NCBI GenBank assembly: GCA_951406725.2
Contig: OX597831.1
Location: 56,668,001-56,732,000, forward strand
Source of the DNA: Octopus vulgaris
Taxonomy: Eukaryota
Length of the DNA stretch: 64,000 bases
Reading direction: 5' to 3'
The position numbers were made by a program, and so were the translations under genes. Of this stretch, positions 26,331 through 39,691 are shown one piece after another. Under the pieces are notes generated by a model that saw nothing but the letters and a program-made list of their open reading frames with translations, had not been told where the DNA came from and ran no database searches. The first letter of the stretch is position 1, and each line of letters begins with the position of its first letter.

Positions 26331-27601
26331 GACATAGCTTTAGGCTGACCAATACTTTAGGATTAAATTTTGATAGCCAATAACCGTACAGAAGCCTACC
26401 AATAATGTGTGTGTGTGTGTGTGTGTGTGTATCATCATCATCATCAACATTTAATGGCTGTTTTCCGTGCAGGCATGGCTTGACAGAAACTGGCAAGACC
26501 AGGGCCCATACCAGATTCCAGTCTGTTTTGGCTCGGTTTCTGCAACTGGATGTCATTCCTAAAACCCAACCACTTTACAGTATGTATTGGGAGATTTTTA
26601 TGTGACCCGTTGGAAATTTTTAACCAATGGTATTCTGACTTACAAACTGCAATATAAAATAAATGAGAAAAACAAAAGCAAACAATCAAATAAATTTTTA
26701 AATATCAGCGAATACTAAATTTCAGTTAAATGGCATATGCAAGATTTTACGTGAAGGAAGTCATTATTACTTTCTATCAAGGGTTAGCTTGATATTCAGC
26801 AGTAAATTGTGAAGTGGATAGATTCTAAAAGTTGAAGGTTGCAATATACTGCATTCACTTTGAAGGACGGTAATTTTTCATGATAACAGTTTTAATTTAT
26901 TATTAAATAATTCACCTTTGTCTCCTATACACAAGAAGAATAATCAGTTCTAAAGGTCAAGATTTTAGCTACCTGAAGTAATCTTTATTTTACAAGTAAT
27001 TATTTCATGCATGCACGCACACACGCACACACATACACACAAGCAGACAAACAAACAGAAACACATGAATTTCAGATAAAAGCTGGCTAAGTGGTTATGG
27101 TATATAATTTGTAATCCCACCAAGTGTACTAAGTTTGAACTCTGTAACAGGTATTGCTAGACTGCTTTACCTAACTTGTGTCACTTAACAAGATTCTAGT
27201 CTCCTGACTGATTAAATGATAGAATGGTTAACATAAGAGATAATTCTTTCTAATTCTGGTGCAAGGCACCAATTTTCAGGAGAGGGGGCTAGTCAATTAC
27301 ATCAATTCCAGTACTTGACCAGTACTTATTTTGTCGACCCCACAAGGATGAAAGGCAAAGTCGACCTCAGTGAAATTTTAACCCAGAATGCAAAGAGCCG
27401 GAAGAAATGCTGCTAAGCATTTTGTTCAACAAAGCCAATGATTCTACCTGGTGGAAACAATACCAAGCTGAATACATGATTAATATAAGAATTAATATAT
27501 TAGGCTGTGTTAGTTACCAATGAAATTACAATGTGGAATTTTTATTTTAGCCATGAAAAAAGTCACAAAAACTGCTAAATTCACTGATAGTCTTTTTCTT
27601 G

Positions 27602-27634
<33 letters not shown>

Positions 27635-27635
27635 T

Positions 27636-27818
27636 ATGTATCTTGTGTGTACCGTTGGCGATTTTTTATCCTCTGTCTTCCCTTCTCCTATGTTTCCGAC
27701 AAAGAGCTCTGCTCGAAACGTTAGACCCTCCTTCTTTCCTGAGCGTCCAATAATACTATATTTGTTCCACGTCCTCGTGTTGTTGTGTTTTTTTTTTGTG
27801 CTTTCTTGTTTGGATTAA

Positions 27819-27822
<4 letters not shown>
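27636..27822 (+). mobile_element. Solo Penelope-type pseudo-LTR with degenerate minimal hammerhead (27693-27725)
   Basis: TTT-CCGACAA-A-GAGC-TCT-GCTC-GAAACGT-TA; shares TTCCTGAGCG..TAATAC with the 49862-50050 element; between two (TA)n tracts. Confidence 0.6.
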
Positions 27823-27905
<83 letters not shown>

Positions 27906-29122
27906 ATATAGATAGATAGATAGATAGACAGAAAGACAGACAGACATACAGACAGACCGACAGACAGACCGACAGACAAACAGACAGACAGATAGATAGA
28001 TAGCCAGGCAGACAGACAGACGAACAGATATGCATGTTATACAGTGATATTTAACTTGTTCATGAATATTTGAATGGGGGAAGACTTTTTGCTGTGGAAA
28101 TAGCCTCAGGAAAATTTTCTCCTTCTAGAAAACATGTGCTATGAATGATGTCATTGGATTGTGGGACACATGTGTTTCTACAATATTACATCTCAGCTAC
28201 AAATACCAAAATTCCTCATTATAGCCCTGTAAGAATGATAGTTTTGATATACAAGAACAGTAATCAGTAAATTTGCTGGTATACATACAGCTTGATCAAC
28301 CTGGAATTAATTAGATAGTGTTGCATGGAAGCTGTACAATATTTTTCACATATGTTGTCTAAGGGGAGGAAGGCCTCAAATTTGTAAGGAAGGGACTAGT
28401 CGATTACATCGACCCCCAGTGCTTCACTGGTACTTAATCTATCGACCCTGAAAGGATGATAGGCAAAGTTGAACCTGGTAGCATTTGTACACAGAACACG
28501 AAGACAAATGAAATACTGTCATGCATTTTACATGCCATGCTAATGCTTCTGCCAGCTTGCTGCCTTAATAACAATGATGATGATGATAATGATGATAATG
28601 GGTTATCTGTGTGACACATTTATTTCAATTCATCAAATGTAAATAAAATAATAATCATAACTGATGTTTACTGAACTGCAAAAAACAAGTATTTTTAGCA
28701 TAGATTATCTAAAGGCATTTCTAAAATTGGCACTCAGCAATCAGAACATAAACAATTAGAATAAATTACTGCAAAGCATTTTGTTTAAAGCTCAAACAAT
28801 TCTGCTAATCCATTATTCTGCATTGGTACTTATTCTATTGACTCCCCAGAAAGATTAAGGGCAAAGTTGACTTCAGTAGGATTTGAGCTTGAAATCTAAA
28901 GAGTCAGGACAAATATTCAAACAAGTATTATAGATGCAGACATAGCTGTGTGGCTAAGAAACACTTGCTTTTCAAACATGTAGTTTTGGGTTCAGTTCCA
29001 CTGTATAACACCTTGGACAAGTGTCTTCTTATATAGCACAGGGCACCAATCAATGCCTTGTGAGTGAATTTTAGCTGATGGTAACTGTGTGAAAGCCCAT
29101 TGTACACAAACACAAACACATA

Positions 29123-29997
29123 TACAAGGTGTGATGAGTAAATTGTTGCCATTTTATAATTTTAATTTTGCACATGTGCATTGTCTGATTTTGATTTTGT
29201 TGAGTACACAGTATAGTTGGGCACCATCTGTGAGAAAAACAGCACCATGATGCAATTCGCTCTGCCAGAAATTTGGAAACGACATGCTGTACTGCTTGGC
29301 ATTCATGCTGGAAGCTCCAATACAAACAGATGGTGAACACACAGAACCATTGGCTTGCCGAATCCCCAAAACATGTACCAAGAGTGATAAAAACCAAACA
29401 TCCAGTCAACATCATGGTGTTTGGTGTGATCACTAGCGATGGTGATGTTACGCCTCCATTCATTTTCCCACACGGCCTCAGACTAAGCATGAGGCCGACA
29501 TCAAGTGCCTAAAGTAGGTAGTGCTGCCCTGGGTGAAGAGGGTTGCTACTGGAAGACCCTATGTCTGGCAACAGGACTCTGCACCATGCCATACAAGCAG
29601 GAGAGCCCAGTCATGGCTGTCAAACAATTTCTGCAAGCATATTACCCCTAACATCTGGCCACCTAACTTCCCAGACTGCAATCCCCTTGATTACTATGTG
29701 TGGGGTGCAGTTGAGTGAGAGACCAACAAAACTCCTTGTAACACAAATGATGAACTGAAGGCAAGGATTATGGCAGCATTCACCAACTGAAACAAGGAGA
29801 CTGTCCAGAAGAGTTGCGGGAGATTCCGAAGTCATGTGGCAGCTGTGGTTGAAGCCAATGGCAATTTTATTGAATGTTTACTCTTTAGTATTTCAAGATA
29901 TTTTTATGTAATTTTGGTAACTATATCTATTAAAATGATATGTCAGTGTTATTTTCATTTTTGCGTAATTTAGACAATATATTGCCTGCGCCCTGTA
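29123..29997 (+). mobile_element. Tc1/mariner superfamily element, DD37D (maT) type, internally deleted
   Basis: TA-CAAGGTG...GCCCTG-TA ends; IMVFGVITSDG, YVWQQDSAPCH...WPPNFPDCNPLDYYVWG with 37 residues between the last two Asp; second partial copy at 50343-50970. Confidence 0.9.
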
Positions 29998-30427
29998 TAC
30001 CATAAAAACCCAGGTAAATTATGCACCTGTGTAATTTACGCAGGTGATTTTAACAATAAAGATTTTCAATTGCTCTCTCGGTAATTTAGCTCTAAGAAAG
30101 CTCTGATCAAGCAGACCTTTGATCAGAAAGTATTCTAGTTATGTACATGCAGTCTTTTTTGTATATATGTTTATGTATTTGTTTTGCAAGATTCCTGATA
30201 TGAAATTGTGTGTTGAAACAGATATTGTCAAATTTCAGGATGGTATTTTTTTTTTTTTTTGCCAAGGAGGAGACACATGGGATGGAGAGTCACTGAAGAG
30301 ATCACAGGATGTGTGTTGAAAAATGTTCAGACAAAAGACATAAAATAAGAACAAAGATAAATATGAAGTGAAGAACAAATATATTGTGCATGTATTTATT
30401 TGGTAAAAAATAAAAAATGACCATCCC

Positions 30428-30667
30428 TGCGTAGCCACTCCTGCGTAGGTGCAGGAGTGGCTGTGTGGTAAGTAGCTTGCTTACCAACCACATGGTTCCG
30501 GGTTCAGTCCCACTGTGTTTATGTCCCCGTTACTTAGCGGTTCGGCAAAAGAGACCGATAGAATAAGCACTGGGCTTACAAAAGAATAAGTCCCGGGGTC
30601 GATTTGCTTGATTAAAGGCAGTGCTCCAGCATGGCCGCAGTCAAATGACTGAAACAAGTAAAAGAGT
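30428..30667 (+). mobile_element. Internally deleted family B SINE with 14-bp TSD
   Basis: AAAATGACCATCCC at 30414-30427 and 30668-30681. Confidence 0.85.
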
Positions 30668-31089
30668 AAAATGACCATCCCAAAAAATAACAATATTTTT
30701 GTATATAATTATCCATTATATTCTTCGAATTTAAGGGGATAACTGGAATTTAGTTGCTGTTTCTAACAGATTGAGTGACCAAATAGAGGCTCTGTCATTG
30801 TCATCCTTAGTGACTTCAAGGCACACAGTTTTATTCATTTTGTTTTTTAGCTGTTAACGTTTTTAGATTAAAGTTAGTCTCACCAACTGAATGTAATTTT
30901 TGATCAAACTCATGAACATTGAAACTCTTACTGAACATCATAGATTGATATTACATGCACTTTCTCTTTTCTTATGATAAATTTCTAAACAGATTGGTGT
31001 TTAAATTTTATTTACAATTTTCAAGGGTCATGAGTTTTATAAAGGATCACATTGTCTTGCTTTCCCGGGCATGGATATATTAAAGCTCT

Positions 31090-31340
31090 AATGTTTGGCA
31101 ATTGACTGGGTAGACACACAAGATTATCCACCATCTTTCCAACAGCAACCTTGGATACCTTTCTGAATTCTATATGTCTATCACTCATGGACATGTTTAC
31201 AAAATATAAAAACAACACAGTACCCATGACTTTCAGAAGCATATTTCCACAGGCAAAATTGCTGAAGGATGGAATAAACTACCCACATCAGTTGTTAGCT
31301 ATCAGGACACTACAACCTTCAAACTTCCATGCTTCCTGAA
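31090..31340 (+). mobile_element. CR1 LINE 3'-end remnant
   Basis: THGHVYKI*KQ....QKH.....IAEGWNKLPTSVV......FK matches the CR1 C-terminal TRGH..K / WN.LP..VV motif. Confidence 0.7.
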
Positions 31341-31568
31341 AGCTGCCAACTGTACACTTGATGCCTCCCTCCTTTTTTTTTATTTTTGATTTAAACAGTT
31401 CATTAACTGTTTACTTCCTGTGCATATTTTATGTACTATTCATGCAGTTTTGGTTACTCTTTCTTATTTCTTTATTGCCCACAAGGGGCTAAACATAGAG
31501 GGGACAAACAAGGAGAGACAAAGGGATTAAGTCGATTACATTGACCCCAGTGCGTAACTGGTACTTAA

Positions 31569-31786
31569 CCCTTTCGTTACCAACCCGGCTGAAACCGGCT
31601 CTGGCTCTGAGTACAAATGTCTTGTTTTCATAAATTTTGAATTAAAATCTTCCACAATCTTAGTCACAATTTATGTTCTTAATACTAGCTGAATGATAAC
31701 TAAGTTATTTTACTAAATTCTTTGTTATATTTAAAGTAATTGAAAGAAATACAGAACACCTCAAAATAAATACAGTAATGAAAGGG
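31569..31786. mobile_element. piggyBac-type MITE inserted in a family C SINE (31455-31920, -)
   Basis: TTAA-CCCTTTCGTTAC...GTAATGAAAGGG-TTAA; the SINE sequence is continuous across the TTAA; related TTAA elements at 45477-45695 and 47171-47288. Confidence 0.88.
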
Positions 31787-32855
31787 TTAATTTATTGACC
31801 CCCAAACGAATGAAAGGCAAAGTCAACTTCAGCAGAATTTGAACTCAGAACGTAACGGCAGACGAAATAATGATAAGCATTTCGCCCGGCGCGTTAACGT
31901 TTCTACCATATCACTGCCTTGGTTACTCTTTCTAATAAGCTGTAGTGCACTTGAGTACTGCATACAATAAGTTCATTATTTTTATCTATGGAGATTGACT
32001 TTAATTTAAATGTTATTAGCAATGCTCAATAAGTAGAAAGCACTTGGACCTGTCTAAAGCAAGGAAATAAACAATGCTATGGTACAATGTTTCTTTCTTT
32101 TTGTTTTTTTAACATTGTGGAAGGTAGTTTGAGGAAGATTTGGCAGTTATTTCTAGCAGGTTGAGAAAACACATAAAGATCTGTGTGTGCTCCATGGCAA
32201 TAGAGCTTAACACAGACAATTTTCAACCAATGAAGGATTTCTATTGGCTAAAATTACATGCTTGTAACTTCATTATTATTAATTTCTAGAAAAAGGCAGT
32301 GAGCTGCTAGAATCGTTAGCATGCCAGGCAAAATGCTTAGCGGCATTTCGTCCATCCTTATGTTCATCATCATCATCATCATCATTTAGCGTCCGTTTTC
32401 CATGCTAGCATGGGTTGGACGGTTCAACTGGGGTCTGTGAAGCTGGAAGGCTTCATCAGGCCCAGTCAGATCTTTACTGTTCATCTTTCCAGGGTTGATA
32501 AAATAAGTACCAGTTGAGCAGTTGACTTACACCCTCCTCCAAACTTGCTGGCTTTGTGCCAAAATTTGAAACCATTATTAATTTCTCAAAAAAAAAAAAA
32601 ATGAATGCAATTTTAATCATTAGCAAGCAAAACTATATTACAACTACATTTTTTTGAAAATAATTTAGTGAAAATTTGAAAAACTTCAAGCAGTGAGAAG
32701 AAATTTAACAAGATCCACATCAACATTCTTAGTAGAGAAGCCAAACGGTTAATTATTAGCTGGATATGTTTACACTAGTTAAAATCTATCTGTGACCAAT
32801 ACAGTGATTCCCCACTCTTGGTTTCTTTCACCTCCAAATACATTTACTCACAAAA

Positions 32856-34053
32856 GCCTATGTGGCAGACTTCACATGGTTGCTTGAACTGCTAGAAATA
32901 GCAACCAAATCTCTATCAAATCACACATTCTTGTCACTCACACAAGCCAATGTGGCAGACTCATATGGTTGCTTGAACTGCTAGAAATAGCAACCAAATC
33001 TTTATCAAATCACACATTCTTGTCACTCACACAAGCCAATGTGGCAGACTCTATATGGTTGCTTGAACTGCTAGAAATAGCAACCAAATCTTTATCAAAT
33101 CACACATTCTTGTCACTCACACAAGCCAATGTGGCAGACTCCATATGGTTGCTTGAACTGCTAGAAATAGCAACCAAATCTCTATCAAATCACACATTCT
33201 TGTCACTCACACAAGCCAATGTGGCAGACTCCATATGGTTGCTTGAACTGCTAGAAATAGCAACCAAATCTCTATCAAATCACACATTCTTGTCACTCAC
33301 ACAAGCCAATGTGGCAGACTCCATATGGTTGCTCGAACTGCTAGAAATAGCAACCAAATCTTTATCAAATCACACATTCTTGTCACTCACACAAGCCAAT
33401 GTGGCAGACTCTATATGGTTGCTTGAACTGCTAGAAATAGCAACCAAATCTCTATCAAATCACACATTCTTGTCACTCACACAAGCCAATGTGGCAGACT
33501 CTATATGGTTGCTTGAACTGCTAGAAATAGCAACCAAATCTCTATCAAATCACACATTCTTGTCACTCACACAAGCCAATGTGGCAGACTCCATATGGTT
33601 GCTTGAACTGCTAGAAATAGCAACCAAATCTCTATCAAATCACACATTCTTGTCACTCACACAAGCCAATGTGGCAGATTCTATATGGTTGCTTGAACTG
33701 CTAGAAATAGCAACCAAATCTCTATCAAATCACACATTCTTGTCACTCACACAAGCCAATGTGGCAGACTCCATATGGTTGCTTGAACTGCTAGAAATAG
33801 CAACCAAATCTCTAATCAAATAACACATACTGAATTCTGAAATAGACAGTCACTATAAAGCCAATGTGGCAGACTCCATATGGTTGCTTGAACTGCTAGA
33901 AATAGCAACCAAATTTCTCTCAAATCCCACATTCTTGTCACTCACACAAGCCAATGTGGCAGACTCCATATGGTTGCTTGAACTGCTAGAAATAGCAACC
34001 AAATCTTTATCAAATAACACATACTGAATTCCGAAATAGACAGTCACTATAAA
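32856..34053 (+). repeat. 90-bp minisatellite, about 13 units, with a higher-order duplication at the 3' end
   Basis: Unit GCCAATGTGGCAGACTCCATATGGTTGCTTGAACTGCTAGAAATAGCAACCAAATCTCTATCAAATCACACATTCTTGTCACTCACACAA; the ~40-bp 3' flank occurs twice (33821-33859, 34015-34053). Confidence 0.97.
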
Positions 34054-34449
34054 GATAGGATGGCCTTCCCTAGAATACCATCAAAAGTCTGCATGACCAA
34101 GAGCTAAACAAGAATTAATGCTTTTAGCTAACAAACACTGTCTTCCTCTCATCACATTATCTGGTCATTATTTAATCAAAGCAACTTAACTCACAACTTT
34201 CTTATTGTCAATAATCTATCCTCATTGTTATTGTCATCAAAATCACCTTCTCTCTTTTTACTATTTTACTTGTTTCAGTCGTTTGACTGTGGCCATGCTG
34301 GAGCACCGCCTTTAGTCGAGCAAATCGACCGCAGGACTTATTCTTTGTAAGCCCAGTACTTATTCTATCGGTCTCTTTTGCCGAACCGCTAAGTGACGGG
34401 GACGTAAACACACCAGCATCGGTTGTCAAGCAATGCTAGGGGGACATAT

Positions 34450-34482
<33 letters not shown>

Positions 34483-35334
34483 AACGACGGGCTTCTTTCA
34501 GTTTCCGTCTACCAAATCCACTCACAAGGCTTTGGTTGGCCCGGGGCTATAGTAGAAGACACTTGCCCAAGATGCCACGCAGTGGGACTGAACCCGGAAC
34601 CATGTGGTTGGTAAGCAAGCTACTTACCACACAGCCACTCCTGCGCCTTCTTTTTCTTCTTCATCATCATCATTATGTCTGCTCCTTCTATGCTGGCATG
34701 ACTTGGATGAAATTTCTTCAGGCAGTATCATATAGCCAAAAACACTTATTGGTGTCAATACTTGTTTACTCTTCAAAATCACGCCTTTTATTCTTAAGTA
34801 GTCTTTACATGTCAAACCACTTGAGTGTGAATCATACTGCACATGCATGACAAAGACAAGTGTCACTAATGCTCATGTGATGTCGATACGAGGGTTAGTA
34901 ACAGGAAGAGCATCTGACAGTAGAACATCTGCTTCAACAAATTCTTCTTGATCCATAGCGGCATGGAAAAGTAGGCGTTTAAATGACGATGATAATGATG
35001 ACAGGACGAACACAGCTAGAAAGCTTTTTGATTATAGATCTACTCAGTCAGAACTGATCTAGAGTTAACTAACAATAACAGCAGCATTCGAAAAAATGCA
35101 CCAACAAGGAACCATCTATGTGATCATTCAATTTGCTACAAACAGCAACCAAAGCTACTCTCATCTCGTCTCACAGTCTTAAAGAGAAACAGAGACAGTT
35201 GATTATTAGTCTTAGACATCCTTCCAAATAAAAGACGACCATTATTTGACTGCTTTTCATCGTACTTATATTGTAAATCCTTTCAGAGGTGGTAAATCAT
35301 TATGTTCTCATTTCTTAGGTCAGAAGTCATTTAG

Positions 35335-35735
35335 CAGACCACTTCGAGTGTGATCATTACCTGCGTCACCTTACTGGCACTTGTGCTGGTGGCATGTGAA
35401 AAAACATTCGAGCGAGGTCGTTGCCAGTGCTGCTGGACTGGCTCCTGTGCAGGTGGCACATAAAAAGCACCATCTGAGCATGGCCGTTGCCAGTACCACC
35501 TGACTGGCCCAGGCAGTACTGGCAACGGCTACGCTCAAATGGTGTTTTTTATGTGCCACCTGCACTGGCAACGACCTAGCTCGAATGTTTTTTTCAAGTG
35601 CCAGTAAGGTGACGCTGGTAATGATCACGATCGAATGGTGCTTTTTACGTGCCACCGTCATGGAAGCCAGTTAGCTGCTCAGGCAACAATCATGCTTGGA
35701 TGGTGCTCTTAGCGCTCCACTAGCACGGATGCCAG
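35335..35735. repeat. RTE 3'-UTR-derived subrepeat cluster in mixed orientations
   Basis: Shares GGTGCTTTTTACGTGCCACC units with 1665-1990; both orientations present. Confidence 0.65.
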
Positions 35736-36322
35736 TAAGTTCACCATCATCAATTCACTGCAGGAAAATTCATCATCCTCTATTTACCATTTTTTGTCAA
35801 TAAGATAGTTTTTAACTATTAATGGTGAGATACTATGGATATATTTCCTTGGTAAACTTTCCTCACAGTGAATTGATAGCAGCAAACTTTCCCCATGGAA
35901 AATTTACCAGTAATCAAATATATCTTCATTTTAATGACCACTTTTTTCTTTTATCCGAGCTGCTTAGTTTGTCTGAGACTTCTTTAGATAATGTTCTATG
36001 ACTAATGCCTTCTATGTCAACCATTACTAGTTTTCAGATGAGGTACTTTAGTCTATGAGCCTTTATGTTAAAACTGCTGAACTGCAGGCTTAAACAAACC
36101 TCACTGGTGCTCTAAATCATATAAACACATGCAGAGACAAATAAACACATATATATGTACAACATATATACATACATACAAATACACACACACATACATA
36201 CATATATATATATACACACACACACATACATATAAACACACAAATATATATACATATATACGCACACATATATATATATACACATATATATGAGAGTATT
36301 GTAGTTTGCTTGAAGCATTGTT

Positions 36323-36525
36323 TGTAAAGAATAAAAAGTTCTGAATGGTACAGCAATGCACTATAATATAGACAATGATATAGCAGCGACTCCATCTAAG
36401 AATATCTGAAGGAATATTATTCCGAAATAACATATCAGACTATTGATGACTAAATTACAAGTATATAGCCCATTGTCTGTATTATAGTGCATTGTTGTAC
36501 CATTCAAAACTTTTTATTCTTTACA
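36323..36525. repeat. 55-bp inverted repeat (36323-36377 / 36471-36525) enclosing a hammerhead-like remnant
   Basis: Arms differ at 3 positions; the loop contains CTGAA-GGAAT-ATT-ATTCC-GAAA-TAACATA-TC-AGA. Confidence 0.75.
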
Positions 36526-37003
36526 CAAATATATGTATATATACATACATACACATATATGTATATATATACATACATCTACACACACATATATATATGG
36601 CCTGGCTCTCTGTCAGTTATGATAAGTGATCCAGTTGAATTGATCAACCAAACAGCCTGCCCATGAAATTAACGTGCCACAGACTTGTACCCTTAATGTA
36701 GTTCTCAGGGAGATTCAGTATAACCCTGAATGTAACAAGGTTGGCCCTTTGAATTACATGTACAAGTTATTTTTACCAGCTCAGTGGAATGGGGAAATGT
36801 GAAGTAAAGTGTCTTGCTCAAGGACACAACACATTGCTGAGAATTGAACTCAAAACCTTAGGATTGTGAGCTGAATACCCTAACTACTAAATCACACGTT
36901 TTCACTACATATATAAAATAACCAACAGATACTATGCAACTTGTCACTTCACTTTCAGTTATTATTTTCAGTTCAGTAATGTAATCAAAGCTGAAAACGA
37001 GGC

Positions 37004-37196
37004 AATTTCTACTCTTCTCCTCTGGAAGCCATCTACTCGCAATACCAGAGGGCGCACATTCTCCTACCCCGATGTAATCTCCAGGGATACAGGCATCCAG
37101 CAACAGGACCTCCGTAATGCTATGATGGACCGTGAAGTCTGGTGTAGCATGGTAAATTCCATTATCTCGACCACAGTCGAACAATGATGATGATGA
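37004..37196 (+). mobile_element. Short 3' fragment of a second RTE-like LINE family with (GAT)n tail
   Basis: LLLWKPSTRNTRGRTFSYPDVISRDTG...DLRNAMMDREVW followed by TGATGATGATGA. Confidence 0.78.
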
Positions 37197-37568
37197 ATGT
37201 AATCAATAGGAATGATGTGTAACTGAAAAGTGCTTCATAAACTTGCAGTTGAGTCAGATATTAATATGAATACATCTAAGGCAGTGGACTGGCAGAATTG
37301 TTAGCATGCTGGGCAAAGTGCTTAGTGGCATTTTGTTTGTCCTTATGTTCTGAGTTCAAATCCCACCAAGACCAACTTTGCCTTTCATCCTTTCAGGCTC
37401 AATAAAATAAGTACCAGTTGAGCACTGCAGTTGATCTAATTGACTTACCTCATCCTCCAAACTTGTGGGCCTTGTGTTAAGATTTGAAACCAATATGAAT
37501 ACAACATCTAGTGGTGTTGACGAAGCATTTGCTGAGTTTTCCACTGAGCTTCACTACTACTGTAGTGG

Positions 37569-37830
37569 TGGAGGCGCATGGCTTAGTGGTTAGGGTGTCA
37601 GCATCATGATTGTAAGATTGTGGTTTCGATTCCTGGATTGGGCAACGTGTTGTGTTCTTGAGCAAAACACTTCCTTTCACCTTGCTCCAGTCCACTCAGC
37701 TGGCAAAAATGAGTAACGCTGCAATGGACTGGCATCCTATCCAGCAGGGGAACACATATGCCATTGAAACCGGGAAACCGGGACCATGAGCCTGGCTAGG
37801 CTTTAAAAGGGTGCATTTATTTATTTATTT
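37569..37830 (+). mobile_element. tRNA-derived SINE, distinct family, with (TTTA)n tail
   Basis: A box TGGCTTAGTGG, B box GGTTTCGATTCC, followed by a SINE body. Confidence 0.78.
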
Positions 37831-38883
37831 TACTACTGTATTAACTTAAACAAACAAATGAAATATATATTATCATATTATACAATGCACAGGTGTGGCT
37901 GTGTAGTTGAGAAGCTTGCTTCATAACCATGTGGTCTTGGATTCAGACTCACTGCATGGTCACTTGTACAAGTGTCTTCTATTATAGCCTTGACTGACCA
38001 AAGCCTTTTGAGTGGACTTGGTAAATGAAGCCCATTGTGTATATGTGTGCATGTGTGTACATTTGCATGTATACATGTGTGTGTTTAACCTTGTCTGGAC
38101 ATCATGTGATGACTGTAAATGAGCATCACTGTTTTAAAAGCAGGGTTGTTCATTTCCAGGCTTCCATATAAAAACATGTCTGGTTGTGGGGAAATCCTAC
38201 CTTCCTTGGAAACAGGAAAATTTAATCTGACCCGTGCAAGCACAGAAGCAGACATTTAAGGATGATGAAGAAGCTATGAAGAAGCTATGATAAGGTGCTA
38301 AAACAAGTCTTTTTTGCAAGATGAAACAAACCTCACTGGTAGTCTATGTCATATAAAGACATGTGGAAACAAACATATACACATACAAGGAACTTCTGGA
38401 GAATTTCCATCTGTTATACTTCACTTGCAAGGCACTGGTTGATGTGAGGCTATAATGGAATACACTTGCTCAAGGTACCATACCATGCAATGGGATTGAA
38501 CCTGAAATCACATGGGCATGATAGTATTAAAGCATACAACCATGCTTGTCTCTCTATGCATGTGTCTATGTATCTCTCACTCTCTCTCTCTCCCTATATC
38601 TATATATATATATATATACGAGGCCTGATCAATAAGTTTCCAGACTGTTGTTAAGCGATGGCAGGGAGGGGGGAAACAAACAAACAGACACACACACATA
38701 AATATATACACACATATATATACAACAGGCTTCTTTCAGTTTCCATCTACCAAATCCACTCACAAGGCTTTGGTTAGCCCGGAGCTATAGTAGAAGACAC
38801 TTGCCCAAGGTGCCATGCAGTGGGATTGAACACAGAACCATGTGGTTGGGAAGCAGGCTTCTTACCACACAGCCATGCCTGTG

Positions 38884-38945
<62 letters not shown>

Positions 38946-38946
<1 letters not shown>

Positions 38947-39576
38947 TTTATTTAAAAGTAGCAGAAATTCAACAAAACCTGTTACTCGGAGTTTCACGTT
39001 CCCGTTCGTTGGACACTTTTGTTAAAATAGAACCGATATGACAATTATATCAAGACTAGTATAAACGTTACACCTTTAAAAATGGACTTGTTTGATTGGT
39101 CCTTTCAAATAACGGTCATATTCGAGCAATAAACAAAAATGAGCTCAATATAAAATATTAAAAAAATATATATATAAAATTATAAAAATCGAGGAAAAAA
39201 CCTCGACTTTTTAAATTTTTAATTTCAATTTTAATTTTTTAATATTTTAAAATACAATATGTATTTTAACCAAAGATTCGATGTAAGGTTTTTTCCTCGA
39301 CTTTTATAATTTTATATATTTTTTTTTAATATTTTATATTAAGCTCATTTTCGTTTATCGCTCGTATATGACCGTTATTTGAAAGGACCAATCAAACAAG
39401 TCCATTTTTAAAGGTGTAACGTTTATACTAGTCTTGATAGAATTGTCATCTTGACGAACGGGAACGTGAAACTCCGAGTAACAGGTTTTGTTGAATTTCT
39501 GCTGCTTTTAAATAAAGCGTATTACTCTACCCCTGGTATTTGAGTACTCTTTTTCCACCTTGTTTTACATTTATGT

Positions 39577-39580
<4 letters not shown>
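38946..39580. mobile_element. Fold-back Penelope-type inverted pseudo-LTR pair (38946-39203 / 39286-39517) with degenerate minimal hammerheads
   Basis: Arms are reverse complements; TTGACGA-ACG-GGAA-CGT-GAAA-CTCCGAG-TA at 39451-39480; (TA)n on both sides. Confidence 0.78.
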
Positions 39581-39618
<38 letters not shown>

Positions 39619-39639
39619 AATGATAATGGTAATGATAAA

Positions 39640-39691
<52 letters not shown>

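Noticed and set aside
26700-26980. Possible minus-strand exon after TACTTCAG
   Set aside because: All frames hit stops within ~30-40 codons and I found no recognisable protein or matching donor.
32856-34053. CRISPR-like array, or a 284-aa repeat protein (ORF 32969-33823)
   Set aside because: Units are contiguous and near-identical with no unique spacers, there are no cas genes, and the context is eukaryotic. The ORF has no ATG and results from a stop-free unit length divisible by 3.
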